From the NCBI GenBank assembly GCA_044451055.1, contig JBIOJT010000002.1, positions 1 through 39,499 of the forward strand: a stretch of DNA of 39,499 bases, written 5' to 3'. Position 1 is the stretch's first letter; every line of letters begins with the position of its first letter. Under the pieces are notes generated by a model. That model saw only the letters and a list, made by a program, of their open reading frames with translations. It did no database searches and was not told where the DNA came from. Source of the DNA: Candidatus Methylomirabilales bacterium (GTDB taxonomy: Bacteria > Methylomirabilota > Methylomirabilia > Methylomirabilales > 2-02-FULL-66-22). The translations under genes were made by a program, and so were the position numbers. This document shows, one piece after another, positions 28,718 to 37,923 of this stretch.

Positions 28718-29072
28718 CCACGTGTCCGAACCAGAGCGATTCTCGTTGTGGCAGGTTTGCCGCCACGTCAGCATTCCAGAACATGTAGGGAAACGGGATT
28801 GAGGGACGCGGCGGCCTCGCGTAGAATCGGCATCCTGATTGATGCCAGGCATGTCTGCCTGCCATCGGACACAGGTTCGTCATCAGATCCCGGGAGAGTC
28901 TGACCACCCGAGATCATGAGCCGATACGGAAAAGCCATAGGGTTGGCGGGGCAGGAGAGATTGCCGAATCTCGCAGGGCGTGTGGGATCTGATCGGCCTG
29001 ATCGGTTGAAGGAGCCGCGAAAGTCCCTGTAGCTCGGATCTCCCCTCAGCTCCGAGAGGATAGGGAAAGGTC

Positions 29073-29101
29073 TTGACTCGCCCCGGTCCAATCGGTAGTG
29101 T
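29073..29101 (+). promoter_or_regulatory. possible promoter of the REC-PilZ gene
   Basis: TTGACT (29073-29078), 17 nt spacer, TAGTGT (29096-29101). Confidence 0.3.
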
Positions 29102-29127
29102 CCATCCTGTCCTTCATGGAGGCAGGC

Positions 29128-29898
29128 ATGCCTGGGGAAACGGTGCTGATCGTAGAGGACGATGACTCTCTGCGGGTGGCCCTGGCCGATTCCCTGGCCC
29201 GCCTGGGGTACGAGATCATCGAAGCCGGAACCGGCACCGAGGGCTATGCCCTGGCCGCCCGGGAACTTCCGGATCTCATCCTCCTGGACCTCGGCCTGCC
29301 GGACGTGGACGGGCTGTCACTGGCCAAGAAACTGCGCGAGCAATCCGAGACGGCCGGCATCGTGATTGTCGCGCTCACGGCCGAAGAGATCTCGGGCATT
29401 CGAGCGGAGGATGTCTTCAAGCACTGCATCGGGTACATCCCCAAGCCGGTCGGCTTGGAGCGTCTCGCGCGCAACGTTGCACTCTTCCTGCGGGTCGGGG
29501 GTCCCCACGCGAAACGCGCAAAGGCAGGGACTCCGGTCGATGATCACCCCAAGCGGCGCTACCCTCGCTTCAACGTCGAGATCGGGGCGATCTGCCGGTT
29601 GCGCGGCGGTGGCAGGCAGCCTGGCGCCGCGAGGATCGCAGGCCTCATCCGGAATCTGAGCGAAGGCGGCGTCATGCTGGAACTGCCCAGGTCGTACGGG
29701 AAGGGAACCATGCTCGAGATCAGCCTCCGTACTGACGACGCTAGGCTGCAGGCCGTCTCAGAGGTCGTATGGACCGGCCCGCCGGAGATGATCACCGGGG
29801 TGGGGCAGGTATTCCGTCACGGCCTCCGCTTCGTCTGGATGGATCAGGAGCAGCGGAACACCATCCGGCGGTTCATCGTCAAGCGGTACACCGCCTAG
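29128..29898 (+). CDS. response regulator with C-terminal PilZ domain (REC-PilZ)
   Basis: TVLIVEDDDSLRVAL...DLILLDLGLPDVDG...IGYIPKPV forms a complete REC domain. Then KRRYPRFNVE...IRNLSEGGVMLEL...FRHGLRFVWMD is a PilZ domain (RxxxR + NxSxxG). ATG 29128 follows GGAGG (29118-29122). ATG 29116 and GTG 29098 are alternative starts. Confidence 0.85.
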   Translation: MPGETVLIVEDDDSLRVALADSLARLGYEIIEAGTGTEGYALAARELPDLILLDLGLPDVDGLSLAKKLREQSETAGIVIVALTAEEISGIRAEDVFKHCIGYIPKPVGLERLARNVALFLRVGGPHAKRAKAGTPVDDHPKRRYPRFNVEIGAICRLRGGGRQPGAARIAGLIRNLSEGGVMLELPRSYGKGTMLEISLRTDDARLQAVSEVVWTGPPEMITGVGQVFRHGLRFVWMDQEQRNTIRRFIVKRYTA

Positions 29899-30008
29899 CC
29901 CGCAAGGAGTCTCCTCTCCTGCGACCGCGGTACGTCGGGATTCGCGGTCCTCTCCGATGGAAGAAAGGGAGACTGAGCAGCTGATAGGCAGGGGACCTGC
30001 GGGTAGAG

Positions 30009-30037
30009 TTGCCGCGGGGGCGCCCGGATGCTATGAT
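30009..30037 (+). promoter_or_regulatory. possible promoter of the small orphan gene
   Basis: TTGCCG (30009-30014), 17 nt spacer, TATGAT (30032-30037), about 110 nt upstream of ATG 30147. Confidence 0.3.
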
Positions 30038-30146
30038 CACGCCGGTGGTTCGCTGCCGCACCCACCGGCCGGGCCCGGGTACCTCGTCCCGCCTAGAGGT
30101 CGCCCCATGCTTGTTGCGGCGGTCTTGCGTCGACGGGAGAGAGACC

Positions 30147-30419
30147 ATGGCAGGTATTCCAGGGAATCCGCTAGGCTACTGCCGCGATATCGCCGAGGGT
30201 AACGCCCCTTTCACGGTTCTTCAGCTCAAGAAGATGACAGGTGAGGAACTAAAGAAGATCTTCACCAACCTTCACATCGTCATCCGCGAGGTACGCACCA
30301 CGGCCGTCGCCGACCGCGATATCGATGGGATGCGCCGCCGGGCCCACAAACTCCAGCGCCTCAATTACGCCATCCTCCTCCTCGAGACCCACGCCAGGAA
30401 GTTGCGCATCCCGCTCTAA
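30147..30419 (+). CDS. small helical hypothetical protein
   Basis: 90 aa from ATG 30147: MAGIPGNPLGYCRDIAEGNAPFTVLQLKKMTGEELKKIFTNLHIVIREVR...KLQRLNYAILLLETHARKLRIPL. The composition looks like real protein, unlike the Arg/Pro-rich 5' extension in the track. No family recognised. Confidence 0.5.
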   Translation: MAGIPGNPLGYCRDIAEGNAPFTVLQLKKMTGEELKKIFTNLHIVIREVRTTAVADRDIDGMRRRAHKLQRLNYAILLLETHARKLRIPL

Positions 30420-30734
30420 CTGCTCGACGCTCGACATTCGAAGCTCGAGGCTGACGTGCCACGCCGCCTAACGCCACAGGAAGCGCCTCCCGCTTGGGGG
30501 TGTGGAGGAGCATGTGCACGTGATTCGACATCAGCGTGTAGGCCTACAGGGTGACCTCGTACGTCGGGACCACCTCGCGCAAGCAAGCCAGCAGCAATCT
30601 GCCGGCCCAGAAGCAGACCAATCCCGCGGGGCGCGTCCATCACCCCGGGGCGCGCGGACGGCAGCATCGGCCCGACGCATGCCGCAGACGCGCAGCGACT
30701 GGCCAGGAGCCACAAGCGCATCGGGCGAGCAGGC

Positions 30735-31319
30735 TCAGACCATTCCCCGCGCCGCGAGAAGAGCGAGGAGCTCGCTGACCTCCTCCTCGATCTCCTTCCC
30801 GGCATCCGTTCGATAGGTGAGATCCGCAGCCTGCCGGTACAGGTGGCCGGCCGCCGACCATATCCGCCGGAGATCTTCCCCCAGGGAGGCGCCGGGGTTG
30901 ACGCGGGGACGGTCGGCGCGGCGGACCCGCTCCACCAGGTCGCCGAGGTCTGCCTCCAGGAGGATGATGACGCCGGTGCCACGCAGGATATCGGTGTTCC
31001 AGGCATAGCGGACGGTGCCCCCTCCTAGGGCGACGACTACTCGCTTGAGATTCGCGAAGCGCCGACACAGGGCGTACTCTCGTTCGCGGAAGGCGAGCCA
31101 GCCCTCCTCCTGAACCAGCTCGTGGAAGCTCCGGCCGAGTTCGCGGTCCATCTCCCGATCGAGATCGAGGAACGGCCGGCCGAGGCGGGCCGCCAGCCGC
31201 TCCCCGATGACCGTCTTGCCCGACCCGATCATTCCGCACAGGTACACATTGAGGGAATCCGGAGGCCGGGGAACGGAGGGCAGAGGCGCAGAGGAGTCGG
31301 GCCGCACGGGAGAATTCAT
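30735..31319 (-). CDS. aroK: shikimate kinase
   Basis: Start at ATG 31319 (GGAGGTGAA upstream). VYLCGMIGSGKTVIGERLAARLGRPFLDLD (Walker A), ...VVALGGGTV... Confidence 0.87.
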   Translation of the reverse strand: MNSPVRPDSSAPLPSVPRPPDSLNVYLCGMIGSGKTVIGERLAARLGRPFLDLDREMDRELGRSFHELVQEEGWLAFREREYALCRRFANLKRVVVALGGGTVRYAWNTDILRGTGVIILLEADLGDLVERVRRADRPRVNPGASLGEDLRRIWSAAGHLYRQAADLTYRTDAGKEIEEEVSELLALLAARGMV

Positions 31320-31436
31320 TTCACCTCCGCTCCTTTGCACCTCGGCCCCGCGCTCGGCCTCCAGGGGGCGAGCATCGGCCAGTTCCGTGCATTGGTTCCC
31401 CATGCCGGCGCAGGGTTCGCGAGGGATCCTTCCGAC

Positions 31437-32360
31437 TCACGCCCGGGCGGCGTCCCGTGCGGCCTTGATCAGGGGCGGGAAGCTGTAGCTTGCCACCGAG
31501 CATCCCGGCGCCAGGATGAACTTCGTGTTGCCCGCCTGGGCGCGGGCCGTCTTGACCTGGTCGCGGATCGCCCGCGCCGAGACGTACGGGAACTTGATGT
31601 GGTCCATGCCGGTCATCAGCGTGAGGGGGGTCCGGCGGCGGGCCTCGGCGATGGAGGGTCCACCGTTCAGGTCAGCCCAGGACAAGGCGTGGACAGGATA
31701 ATCCAGGATCTGGTCGAGGTAGAGCTTTTCCCCGTGGGCGTGGAGGATATGACACTCCCCTTTGCCGCGGATCGCTTTCAGCAGTTGCAGGTCGAACGGA
31801 CGCATGAACCGGGCGTACTGCTCGGGGGTGATGCTCTCGGCCGATGCCGGCACCGAGAGGAAGATGCCGGCCGCCCCTCGCTCGAGGCTGGCCAGGGCGT
31901 ATTGGATGAGATTGTCGTTCACGATCTGGAGGGCGGCCTCGAGGGCCACCGGGTGCTTGGCCATCAGGGGCTCCATCGCCTCCTTCACCAGGTTGCGCCG
32001 GACTGTATTCCAGGCGTTGAAGACGGTGTCCACGAAGAGGGCCTCTCCCCTGAGCAATCTGGAGATCAGCTCGATTGCCTTGAGTTGTTGGCCCAGCGGC
32101 GTCCGCGTCACATCGAGCGGAGCGAGTCGTTTGAGGTCGTCCGGAGTGGACATCACTTCCATACCCTCCGGCATGGGGTAGTCATAATCGTTCATCACTT
32201 TGAGGAGATCGAGGTCGTACGCCTCGAAGAACTCCAGGTGCACCTGGGCCGTCCGCTCCGGCGAGGCGTGCTGGCTCCCGAAGTGATACCAGATGGTGAA
32301 GGGCGGCTGGTCCACTGGCTTGCCTGCCAATGTCGCCCGCACTCGCTCGACCTTGGTCAT
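31437..32360 (-). CDS. uroporphyrinogen-decarboxylase (URO-D) family protein, function unclear
   Basis: 307 aa. MTKVERVRATLAGKPVDQPPF..., overall URO-D/MtaA-like TIM-barrel pattern (FVDTVFNAWN, ILHAHGEK, ILAPGCSV). Confidence 0.8.
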   Translation of the reverse strand: MTKVERVRATLAGKPVDQPPFTIWYHFGSQHASPERTAQVHLEFFEAYDLDLLKVMNDYDYPMPEGMEVMSTPDDLKRLAPLDVTRTPLGQQLKAIELISRLLRGEALFVDTVFNAWNTVRRNLVKEAMEPLMAKHPVALEAALQIVNDNLIQYALASLERGAAGIFLSVPASAESITPEQYARFMRPFDLQLLKAIRGKGECHILHAHGEKLYLDQILDYPVHALSWADLNGGPSIAEARRRTPLTLMTGMDHIKFPYVSARAIRDQVKTARAQAGNTKFILAPGCSVASYSFPPLIKAARDAARA

Positions 32361-32492
32361 GGGACTCCTCCTCCTTTGTGTTGGGGTGCAGAGGTGCCGA
32401 GGGGATAAAGAGCTCAGGGGCTGAGGGCCACAGGCGCTGGGGGATCATCACACCTGCCTCTCAACTCCTCAGCCCCTCTGCTCAATCTGCGC

Positions 32493-33197
32493 TCAGACCT
32501 CCAAGTACGATTTCCGCATCATGGGATGGTTCAGTAGATCCTGGGCCGGATCCTCCAACACGACCCGCCCCGTCTGAAGGACGTACCCACGGTTGGCGAT
32601 GGCGAGGGCCATGTTGGCGTTCTGTTCCACCAGCAGGATGGTGATCCCCTGCCGGTTGAGATCTTGAATGATCTCGAAGGTCTTCTCCACGTACAGCGGG
32701 GAGAGTCCCATCGAGGGCTCATCCATGATGAGAAGCCGGGGGCGGGCCAGCAGCGCTCGCGCGATGGCCAGCATCTGCTGCTCACCGCCCGACAAGGTCC
32801 CACCCAATTGTCCGCGCCGCTCGCGGAGGATGGGGAAGCGTTCGTAGACCTGTTCGATGTCATGCCGGATGCCCGGCCCGTCGCTCCTCGTGTAGGCCCC
32901 CATGAGGAGGTTCTCGTACACGGTGAGTTCCGGGAAGATGCGCCGCCCCTCCATCACCGGGGCGATCCCCGCCCGCACGACCTGCGCCGGCTTGGCATGA
33001 TGGATCGGGTGTCCTTGAAACAGGATCTCTCCATGGAATGGGTGGACCAGTCCGAGAATCGTCTTCATCGTTGTCGACTTGCCGGAGGCGTTGGGGCCCA
33101 GGAGGCAGACCAGTTCCCCCTCCCCCACCGTGAGTGACACCTCCCACAGGACCTGGACCTGCCCGTAGCGCGTCGAAACCTTCCGCAGTTCAAGCAC
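32493..33197 (-). CDS. livF: branched-chain amino acid ABC transporter ATP-binding protein
   Basis: 234 aa. GPNASGKSTT (Walker A), LSGGEQQMLAIARAL, LLIMDEPSMGLSP. Confidence 0.92.
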   Translation of the reverse strand: MLELRKVSTRYGQVQVLWEVSLTVGEGELVCLLGPNASGKSTTMKTILGLVHPFHGEILFQGHPIHHAKPAQVVRAGIAPVMEGRRIFPELTVYENLLMGAYTRSDGPGIRHDIEQVYERFPILRERRGQLGGTLSGGEQQMLAIARALLARPRLLIMDEPSMGLSPLYVEKTFEIIQDLNRQGITILLVEQNANMALAIANRGYVLQTGRVVLEDPAQDLLNHPMMRKSYLEV

Positions 33198-33966
33198 GGC
33201 CGTGCCGTCTCCCCATATAGGCGCGGATGACTGCCTCGTCCGCCCGGATCACCTCGGGGCGCCCCTCGGCGATCTTCTCCCCATGATCCAACACCACGAT
33301 GCGTTCCGAGACTCCCATGATGACTTCCATATCGTGCTCGATGAGCAACACCGTCACCCCCATGTCCCGGACCGTCCGCATCAACTCCACGACTCCGGCG
33401 CTCTCGTGGGGGTTCATGCCGGCGGTCGGCTCGTCGAGGAGCAAGAGGCGTGGCTCGCCGACCAGGGCCCGGGCGATCTCCAGCCGCCGCTTGTTGGCGT
33501 AGGAGAGGGTGTCGGCGAAATCATCCAGGTGCGGGAGGAGGTGGTCCTCGAAGAGGGCCAGGATCTTGCGGCCGCGCTCGCGCGCCTCCTCCTCTTCTCG
33601 GGTGACCCAGATGGGGCGGGCGATAGCGCCCCACAGCCCTGTCCGCTGATGCAGGTGGCGACCCACCAGGAGGTGCTCCATGACCGTCATTCGCTTGAAG
33701 ATGCGGCTGGCCTGGAAGGTGCGGGCCAGGCCGAGAGCGGCGACTTGGTGGGGGGCCAATGTTTCGAGAGGGGCGCCGCGGAAGCGCATACGCCCCTCGG
33801 ACAGAGGTTGAAAGGCGCTCAGGCAGTTGAAGAGCGTGGTCTTGCCGGCCCCGTTGGGGCCGATGAGTCCCACGATCTCCTCTTCCTCGATGGCAAAGCT
33901 CACCTGCCTCAAGGCCTTGAGGCCGCCGAAGTTGACGCTGACCGACTCCACATCGAGGAGGCTCAT
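33190..33966 (-). CDS. livG: branched-chain amino acid ABC transporter ATP-binding protein
   Basis: 258 aa. GPNGAGKTTLFN, LSYANKRRLEIARAL, LLLLDEPTAGMNP. Has the LivG-specific insertion. 8-nt overlap with livF. Confidence 0.92.
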   Translation of the reverse strand: MSLLDVESVSVNFGGLKALRQVSFAIEEEEIVGLIGPNGAGKTTLFNCLSAFQPLSEGRMRFRGAPLETLAPHQVAALGLARTFQASRIFKRMTVMEHLLVGRHLHQRTGLWGAIARPIWVTREEEEARERGRKILALFEDHLLPHLDDFADTLSYANKRRLEIARALVGEPRLLLLDEPTAGMNPHESAGVVELMRTVRDMGVTVLLIEHDMEVIMGVSERIVVLDHGEKIAEGRPEVIRADEAVIRAYMGRRHGRA

Positions 33967-34964
33967 TTTGCCGGCTCCTGCGTCGTGGACGGCTCTTTGG
34001 TTGCGGCTGGCGCCTCCCGCGAATGGATGATCCCCGGAATCCCCGCGATGCCCTCGGGGCGGAAGAGGATGACCCCGATGAGGATCAGGCCGTACACCAC
34101 CTCCCGGTACTCGACGAGAGAACGGGAGGCCTCGGGCAGGATCACCAGGAACACGGCGCCGATCACCGGGCCGATCAGGGTTCCCATTCCTCCTACGATC
34201 AGCATGGTAAGGATGACGAAGGTCTCGTCCAGCCTGAAGGAGTCGGCGCTGATGAATCGGGCATGATGCGCGAAGAAGGCGCCGGCCACCCCAGCCAGGG
34301 CTGTAGCGAACACGAAGGACAAGACCCTCGTTGGAAATATGGCGATGCCCACGGACTGGGCGGCCACCTCATCCTCGCGGATGGCCACAAAGGCGCGCCC
34401 CAGGCGCGAGTCGATGATCCGGGAAATGATGAAGAGCATCAATACGACGATGGCCAGGATGAGGTAGAAGTAGTCGCGATTCCCGCGGAACGCGACCCCC
34501 CAGATCGCTGGCGGCGGGATACCCGGGATCCCCATGGGACCGCGGGTGAGCGCGATCCAGTTGAGGGTGACGAGGAACACGATCTCCTGGAAGCCGATGG
34601 TGATGAGCGCCAGGAAGATCCCCCTGAGACGGAGGGTGGGCAACGCGATGGCCACTCCGAAGAGGCCGGCAACGATCCCACCCAGTGGCAGCGTCAGCCA
34701 GAAGGGGGCGCCGTAGCGCGTGGCCAGGATGCCGGCCGTGTAGGCCCCGATCCCATAGAACGCCGCGTGCCCGAAGGAGAACAGCCCGGTGTAGCCGTTG
34801 GTGATGTTCAGCCCCGAGGTGAGGATGATGTAAATCCCGCAGAGGACCGCCACGTTGAGGATGTACTCGCTGTGCACCACCAGCGGGAAGACCAGCACGG
34901 CCGCCAAGACGGGAAGCCAGACCCATCGGTTGTTCCAACGCGGGGTGAAGCTATGGAGGGGCAT
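33963..34964 (-). CDS. livM: branched-chain amino acid ABC transporter permease
   Basis: 333 aa. Polytopic. NITNGYTGLFSFGHAAFYGIGAYTA is the LivM signature. 4-nt overlap with livG. Confidence 0.9.
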   Translation of the reverse strand: MPLHSFTPRWNNRWVWLPVLAAVLVFPLVVHSEYILNVAVLCGIYIILTSGLNITNGYTGLFSFGHAAFYGIGAYTAGILATRYGAPFWLTLPLGGIVAGLFGVAIALPTLRLRGIFLALITIGFQEIVFLVTLNWIALTRGPMGIPGIPPPAIWGVAFRGNRDYFYLILAIVVLMLFIISRIIDSRLGRAFVAIREDEVAAQSVGIAIFPTRVLSFVFATALAGVAGAFFAHHARFISADSFRLDETFVILTMLIVGGMGTLIGPVIGAVFLVILPEASRSLVEYREVVYGLILIGVILFRPEGIAGIPGIIHSREAPAATKEPSTTQEPAK

Positions 34965-34968
34965 TGGG

Positions 34969-35835
34969 CTAGACCGTCCGCATCTTCTTGCCCAGGAGGC
35001 CCTGGGGACGGACCACCAGCACGATCACCATGACCAGGAATGCCACCACATCCCGGTATCCGGAGGAGATGAATTGGACCGTGAGGTTTTCCACCACCCC
35101 GAGAATGAGGCCGCCCAGGATGGCTCCGGGAATGCTGGTGAGCCCGCCGAAGACACAGGCGGCGAAACCCTTCAGTCCGGCGGTCCCGCCCATGGTGGCG
35201 TACACGGTGTTGTAATAGATGCCGACCAGAACGCCGGCGGCTCCCCCCAGGCAGGAGGCCAGCGCGAAGGCGATGTTGAAGACTCGATCCGCATTGACCC
35301 CCATGGCGTTGGCAGCCTCGTGATCCTGGGCCGTGGCGCGCATGGCGCGGCCGATCTTCGTCCCCTGGATCAGGAGCCGGAGGGCAACGATCAAGAGGCC
35401 GGACAGGCCGAGGATCACGAGCTGGAGGACGGAGATCTGCGTTCCACCGACCTGGATCGTCTCTTCATAAATCGAGGGGACGGGGCGGTTCTCGGCGCCC
35501 AGAGTGATCACGGTGATCTCCCGGAGGATGATCGAGAACCCGATGGTGATGAGCAGGGGCGGCATATGACCGGCCGTACGCATCGGCCGGAAGGCCACCT
35601 TCTCCATCAGGGCGCCAAGGACCCAGCCCGCGGCCATGCCCAGGATCAGGGCCACCGGCCACGGCAGGTGCCAGACCGTGAGGCTGAAGTAGCCCATGAA
35701 GGCCCCCACCATGTACACCTCCCCGTGGGCGAAGGTGACCAGGTTCATGGTCCCGAAGATGATGACGAACCCGATGGCGATGAGGGCGTACAGACTCCCC
35801 TGGGTGAGGCCGTTGATGAGCTGGGGGACGAACAT
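34969..35835 (-). CDS. livH: branched-chain amino acid ABC transporter permease
   Basis: MFVPQLINGLTQGSLYALIAIGFVIIFGTMNLVTFAHGE... is the LivH signature. ATG 35835 preferred over TTG 35865 (start uncertain). Confidence 0.9.
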   Translation of the reverse strand: MFVPQLINGLTQGSLYALIAIGFVIIFGTMNLVTFAHGEVYMVGAFMGYFSLTVWHLPWPVALILGMAAGWVLGALMEKVAFRPMRTAGHMPPLLITIGFSIILREITVITLGAENRPVPSIYEETIQVGGTQISVLQLVILGLSGLLIVALRLLIQGTKIGRAMRATAQDHEAANAMGVNADRVFNIAFALASCLGGAAGVLVGIYYNTVYATMGGTAGLKGFAACVFGGLTSIPGAILGGLILGVVENLTVQFISSGYRDVVAFLVMVIVLVVRPQGLLGKKMRTV

Positions 35836-35931
35836 GCTAAGGTTCCCGTCTTCCGGGGGAAGCAAGGACCGGCGGAACGGGCGGCCTTGGCCCCTCGTTC
35901 CGACGGCCCGCTCGTTGTTCCGGCTCGAGCC

Positions 35932-37053
35932 CTACTTATCGAAGAGGGTCCACTGACCGTTCTTGACCATCAGGTGGCGGTAGTCCTTGATCACATCCCG
36001 GCGCTCGGTGAAGGTGATCTTCCCCGTCAGGCCGGGGAAGTTCTTGGTCTTGGCCAGTTCGTCACGGATGGCCTTCCGTTCGGTGCCCGCCTTCCGGATG
36101 GCCTCGGCCAGGATGTTGAGCGAGTCGAAAGCCACGGCCGCGAACATGTTCGGTGTAATGTTATATTTGGTCTCGAAGGCCTTGACGAACTTCTGCACAT
36201 CCGGCCGGGGATCCTTGTCGAAGAAGATGGTGCTGGTGTGCAGCCCTTCGACGGCGCCCCCTCCGATCTCCAGCAGCTTGGGCGAGAAGAGGGAGCCCGG
36301 CCCGAGCACCGCGACGTCGTTCCAGCCCATCTTCTCGCGTTGCTTGCTGATGAGGGCCCCCTCGTTATACATGGCGGGGATGAACAGAGCATCCGGCTTC
36401 AGCCCGCGCAGCTTCGTGAGGACCGCGGCGAAATCCCGGTCTCGCTCGAAGAAGGACTCCACGCCGACGATCTCGGCTCCCATCTCCTTGGCGGCCTTCT
36501 CGAAGTAGTTCTTGGTCGCGATGCCCCAGTCGTTGTTGATGTACAGGATAACGATCCGCTTCTTGCCCAGCTTCTCGACGGCGTACTTGGCCATGAAGGG
36601 CCCCTCACCTGCCTGGGTGCCGACGATCCCGAAGCTCCAGATGCTCTTGGGCGCAAAATCCGGGTGAGACGAGGTCGGTGAAAGCTGGACCATCCCGGCC
36701 TGATCGTAGATCGGCTGGGCTGCCATGCACGCGGTGCTGGTGAAATCGCCGATCTCGGCGACGATCTGGTTGTCCGAGGTGAATTTCTGGGCCAGCGCCG
36801 CCGCCTCTTTCGGGTCGCCCTTGCTGTCGCCCGCCTCGATGACGATGGGTCGACCCTTGATCCCGCCCGCCGCGTTGATCCATTCCACGGCGATACCGAT
36901 GGCTCGCTGGAAGTTCTGTCCGTATTCGGCGTAGTTGCCGGTCATCGGCGCGCTCAACGCGACGTGAATGGGCTCGCCGCTCCAGCTTGCCGGAGCGCCC
37001 GCGAACACCACCGCGAGTGCGATCAGAAGTATCCCAGACCACCTGGTCTTCAT
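35932..37053 (-). CDS. ABC transporter substrate-binding protein, LivJ/LivK (type I PBP) family
   Basis: Start at ATG 37053 (GGGAGGG upstream). MKTRWSGILLIALAVVFAGAPASW is a signal peptide, then IHVALSAPMTGNYAEYGQNFQRAIGIAVEWINAAGGIKGRPI. The 5' extension in the track belongs to a cysK relic. Confidence 0.9.
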   Translation of the reverse strand: MKTRWSGILLIALAVVFAGAPASWSGEPIHVALSAPMTGNYAEYGQNFQRAIGIAVEWINAAGGIKGRPIVIEAGDSKGDPKEAAALAQKFTSDNQIVAEIGDFTSTACMAAQPIYDQAGMVQLSPTSSHPDFAPKSIWSFGIVGTQAGEGPFMAKYAVEKLGKKRIVILYINNDWGIATKNYFEKAAKEMGAEIVGVESFFERDRDFAAVLTKLRGLKPDALFIPAMYNEGALISKQREKMGWNDVAVLGPGSLFSPKLLEIGGGAVEGLHTSTIFFDKDPRPDVQKFVKAFETKYNITPNMFAAVAFDSLNILAEAIRKAGTERKAIRDELAKTKNFPGLTGKITFTERRDVIKDYRHLMVKNGQWTLFDK

Positions 37054-37089
37054 GTTCCCTCCCTTCGTTGATGATCCTGTGTAGCGCAC

Positions 37090-37311
37090 GTCGATTGCCA
37101 GATACCGGAGCCCATTGTCCGGGATCAGCGTTGCCACGGCGCAGGACGGGGAGAGTCGTGCGGCCACTCGCTCGGCGGCGGCCACGTTTGCCCCGGCCGA
37201 GAACTCGCCGCGCATGCATTCTTCCCGCGCCAGCCGCCGAGCGGCCGTAATGGCCTCCCCATCCTCCCCGGGAGCAAACCATGCGGCTTGCTCGCGTCCT
37301 GTCCAGAGGCC
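37090..37311 (-). pseudogene. relic of a cysteine synthase (PLP fold-type II) C-terminus
   Basis: Continuous minus-strand frame ...APGEDGEAITAARRLAREECMRGEFSAGANVAAAERVAARLSPSCAVATLIPDNGLRYLAI... It follows the CysK/CysM C-terminal pattern (eAi..aRrLareEGi..G.SsGAnvaAAl.vA....vvtilpD.G.RYLs), with no matching N-terminal two-thirds in frame. It runs into the livJ-like start without its own stop. Confidence 0.55.
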
Positions 37312-37923
37312 TCAACAATTGCAGGGTGTCCTCTTGACAGTGCCAGCCGCTCCACGTAACCTCGCCCCCAGGACCATGCGCTTCCCGTCGAGTGGGGGCC
37401 ATCACCCTGGCCGTTGCCGCCCTGGATCGATCCGGGCGATACGCCGGGATCGACCGCTAGGCTGCCGCGTCCTCTGCTCTCCAGTCGGGAGGCGTCCGAT
37501 GCTAGACAGCCGGGAAGGCCGGGACCTACCCATAGCCCGGCTGTTCGTGGATGGGCGACCGTTCCAGGCGTCGAAGAGGACACCATCCCTGAGGGGCCTG
37601 ATGTAGGCGATGGTCTGAGGACAATCGCGCAACAGCGGTTGGATTGTCAAGGACAAATCACGCTTCAACCGGATGGGATCGTGGCCCACTACTGGCCCGA
37701 CGAAGCTGCAGGGCAGGGCGGCCACGGTCTGCTGCCTGGGCCTTGCCGCAGAGGCGCCGCTAGCGCTATGCGCAGCCCCGTCCCAGCAGTGTGAGGCAAT
37801 GATAGTGGCGCGCCCGCGACTCAGTCGCTCCGCGGAGCCGAAGGAATATCGGGAACAGCGCGCAGAGTCGAAAGACTCGTGATGAGGTCAGCAGCTCGAA
37901 TTGGGCTCTTCAAGGGGGTCTCC

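Noticed and set aside
34855-36681. 608-aa plus-strand ORF, with similar plus-strand ORFs at 31122-32408 and 33202-34266
   Set aside because: They are antisense to the liv permease, binding-protein and ATPase genes and to the URO-D-like gene. Products are Gly/Asp/His/Arg-rich and non-protein-like.
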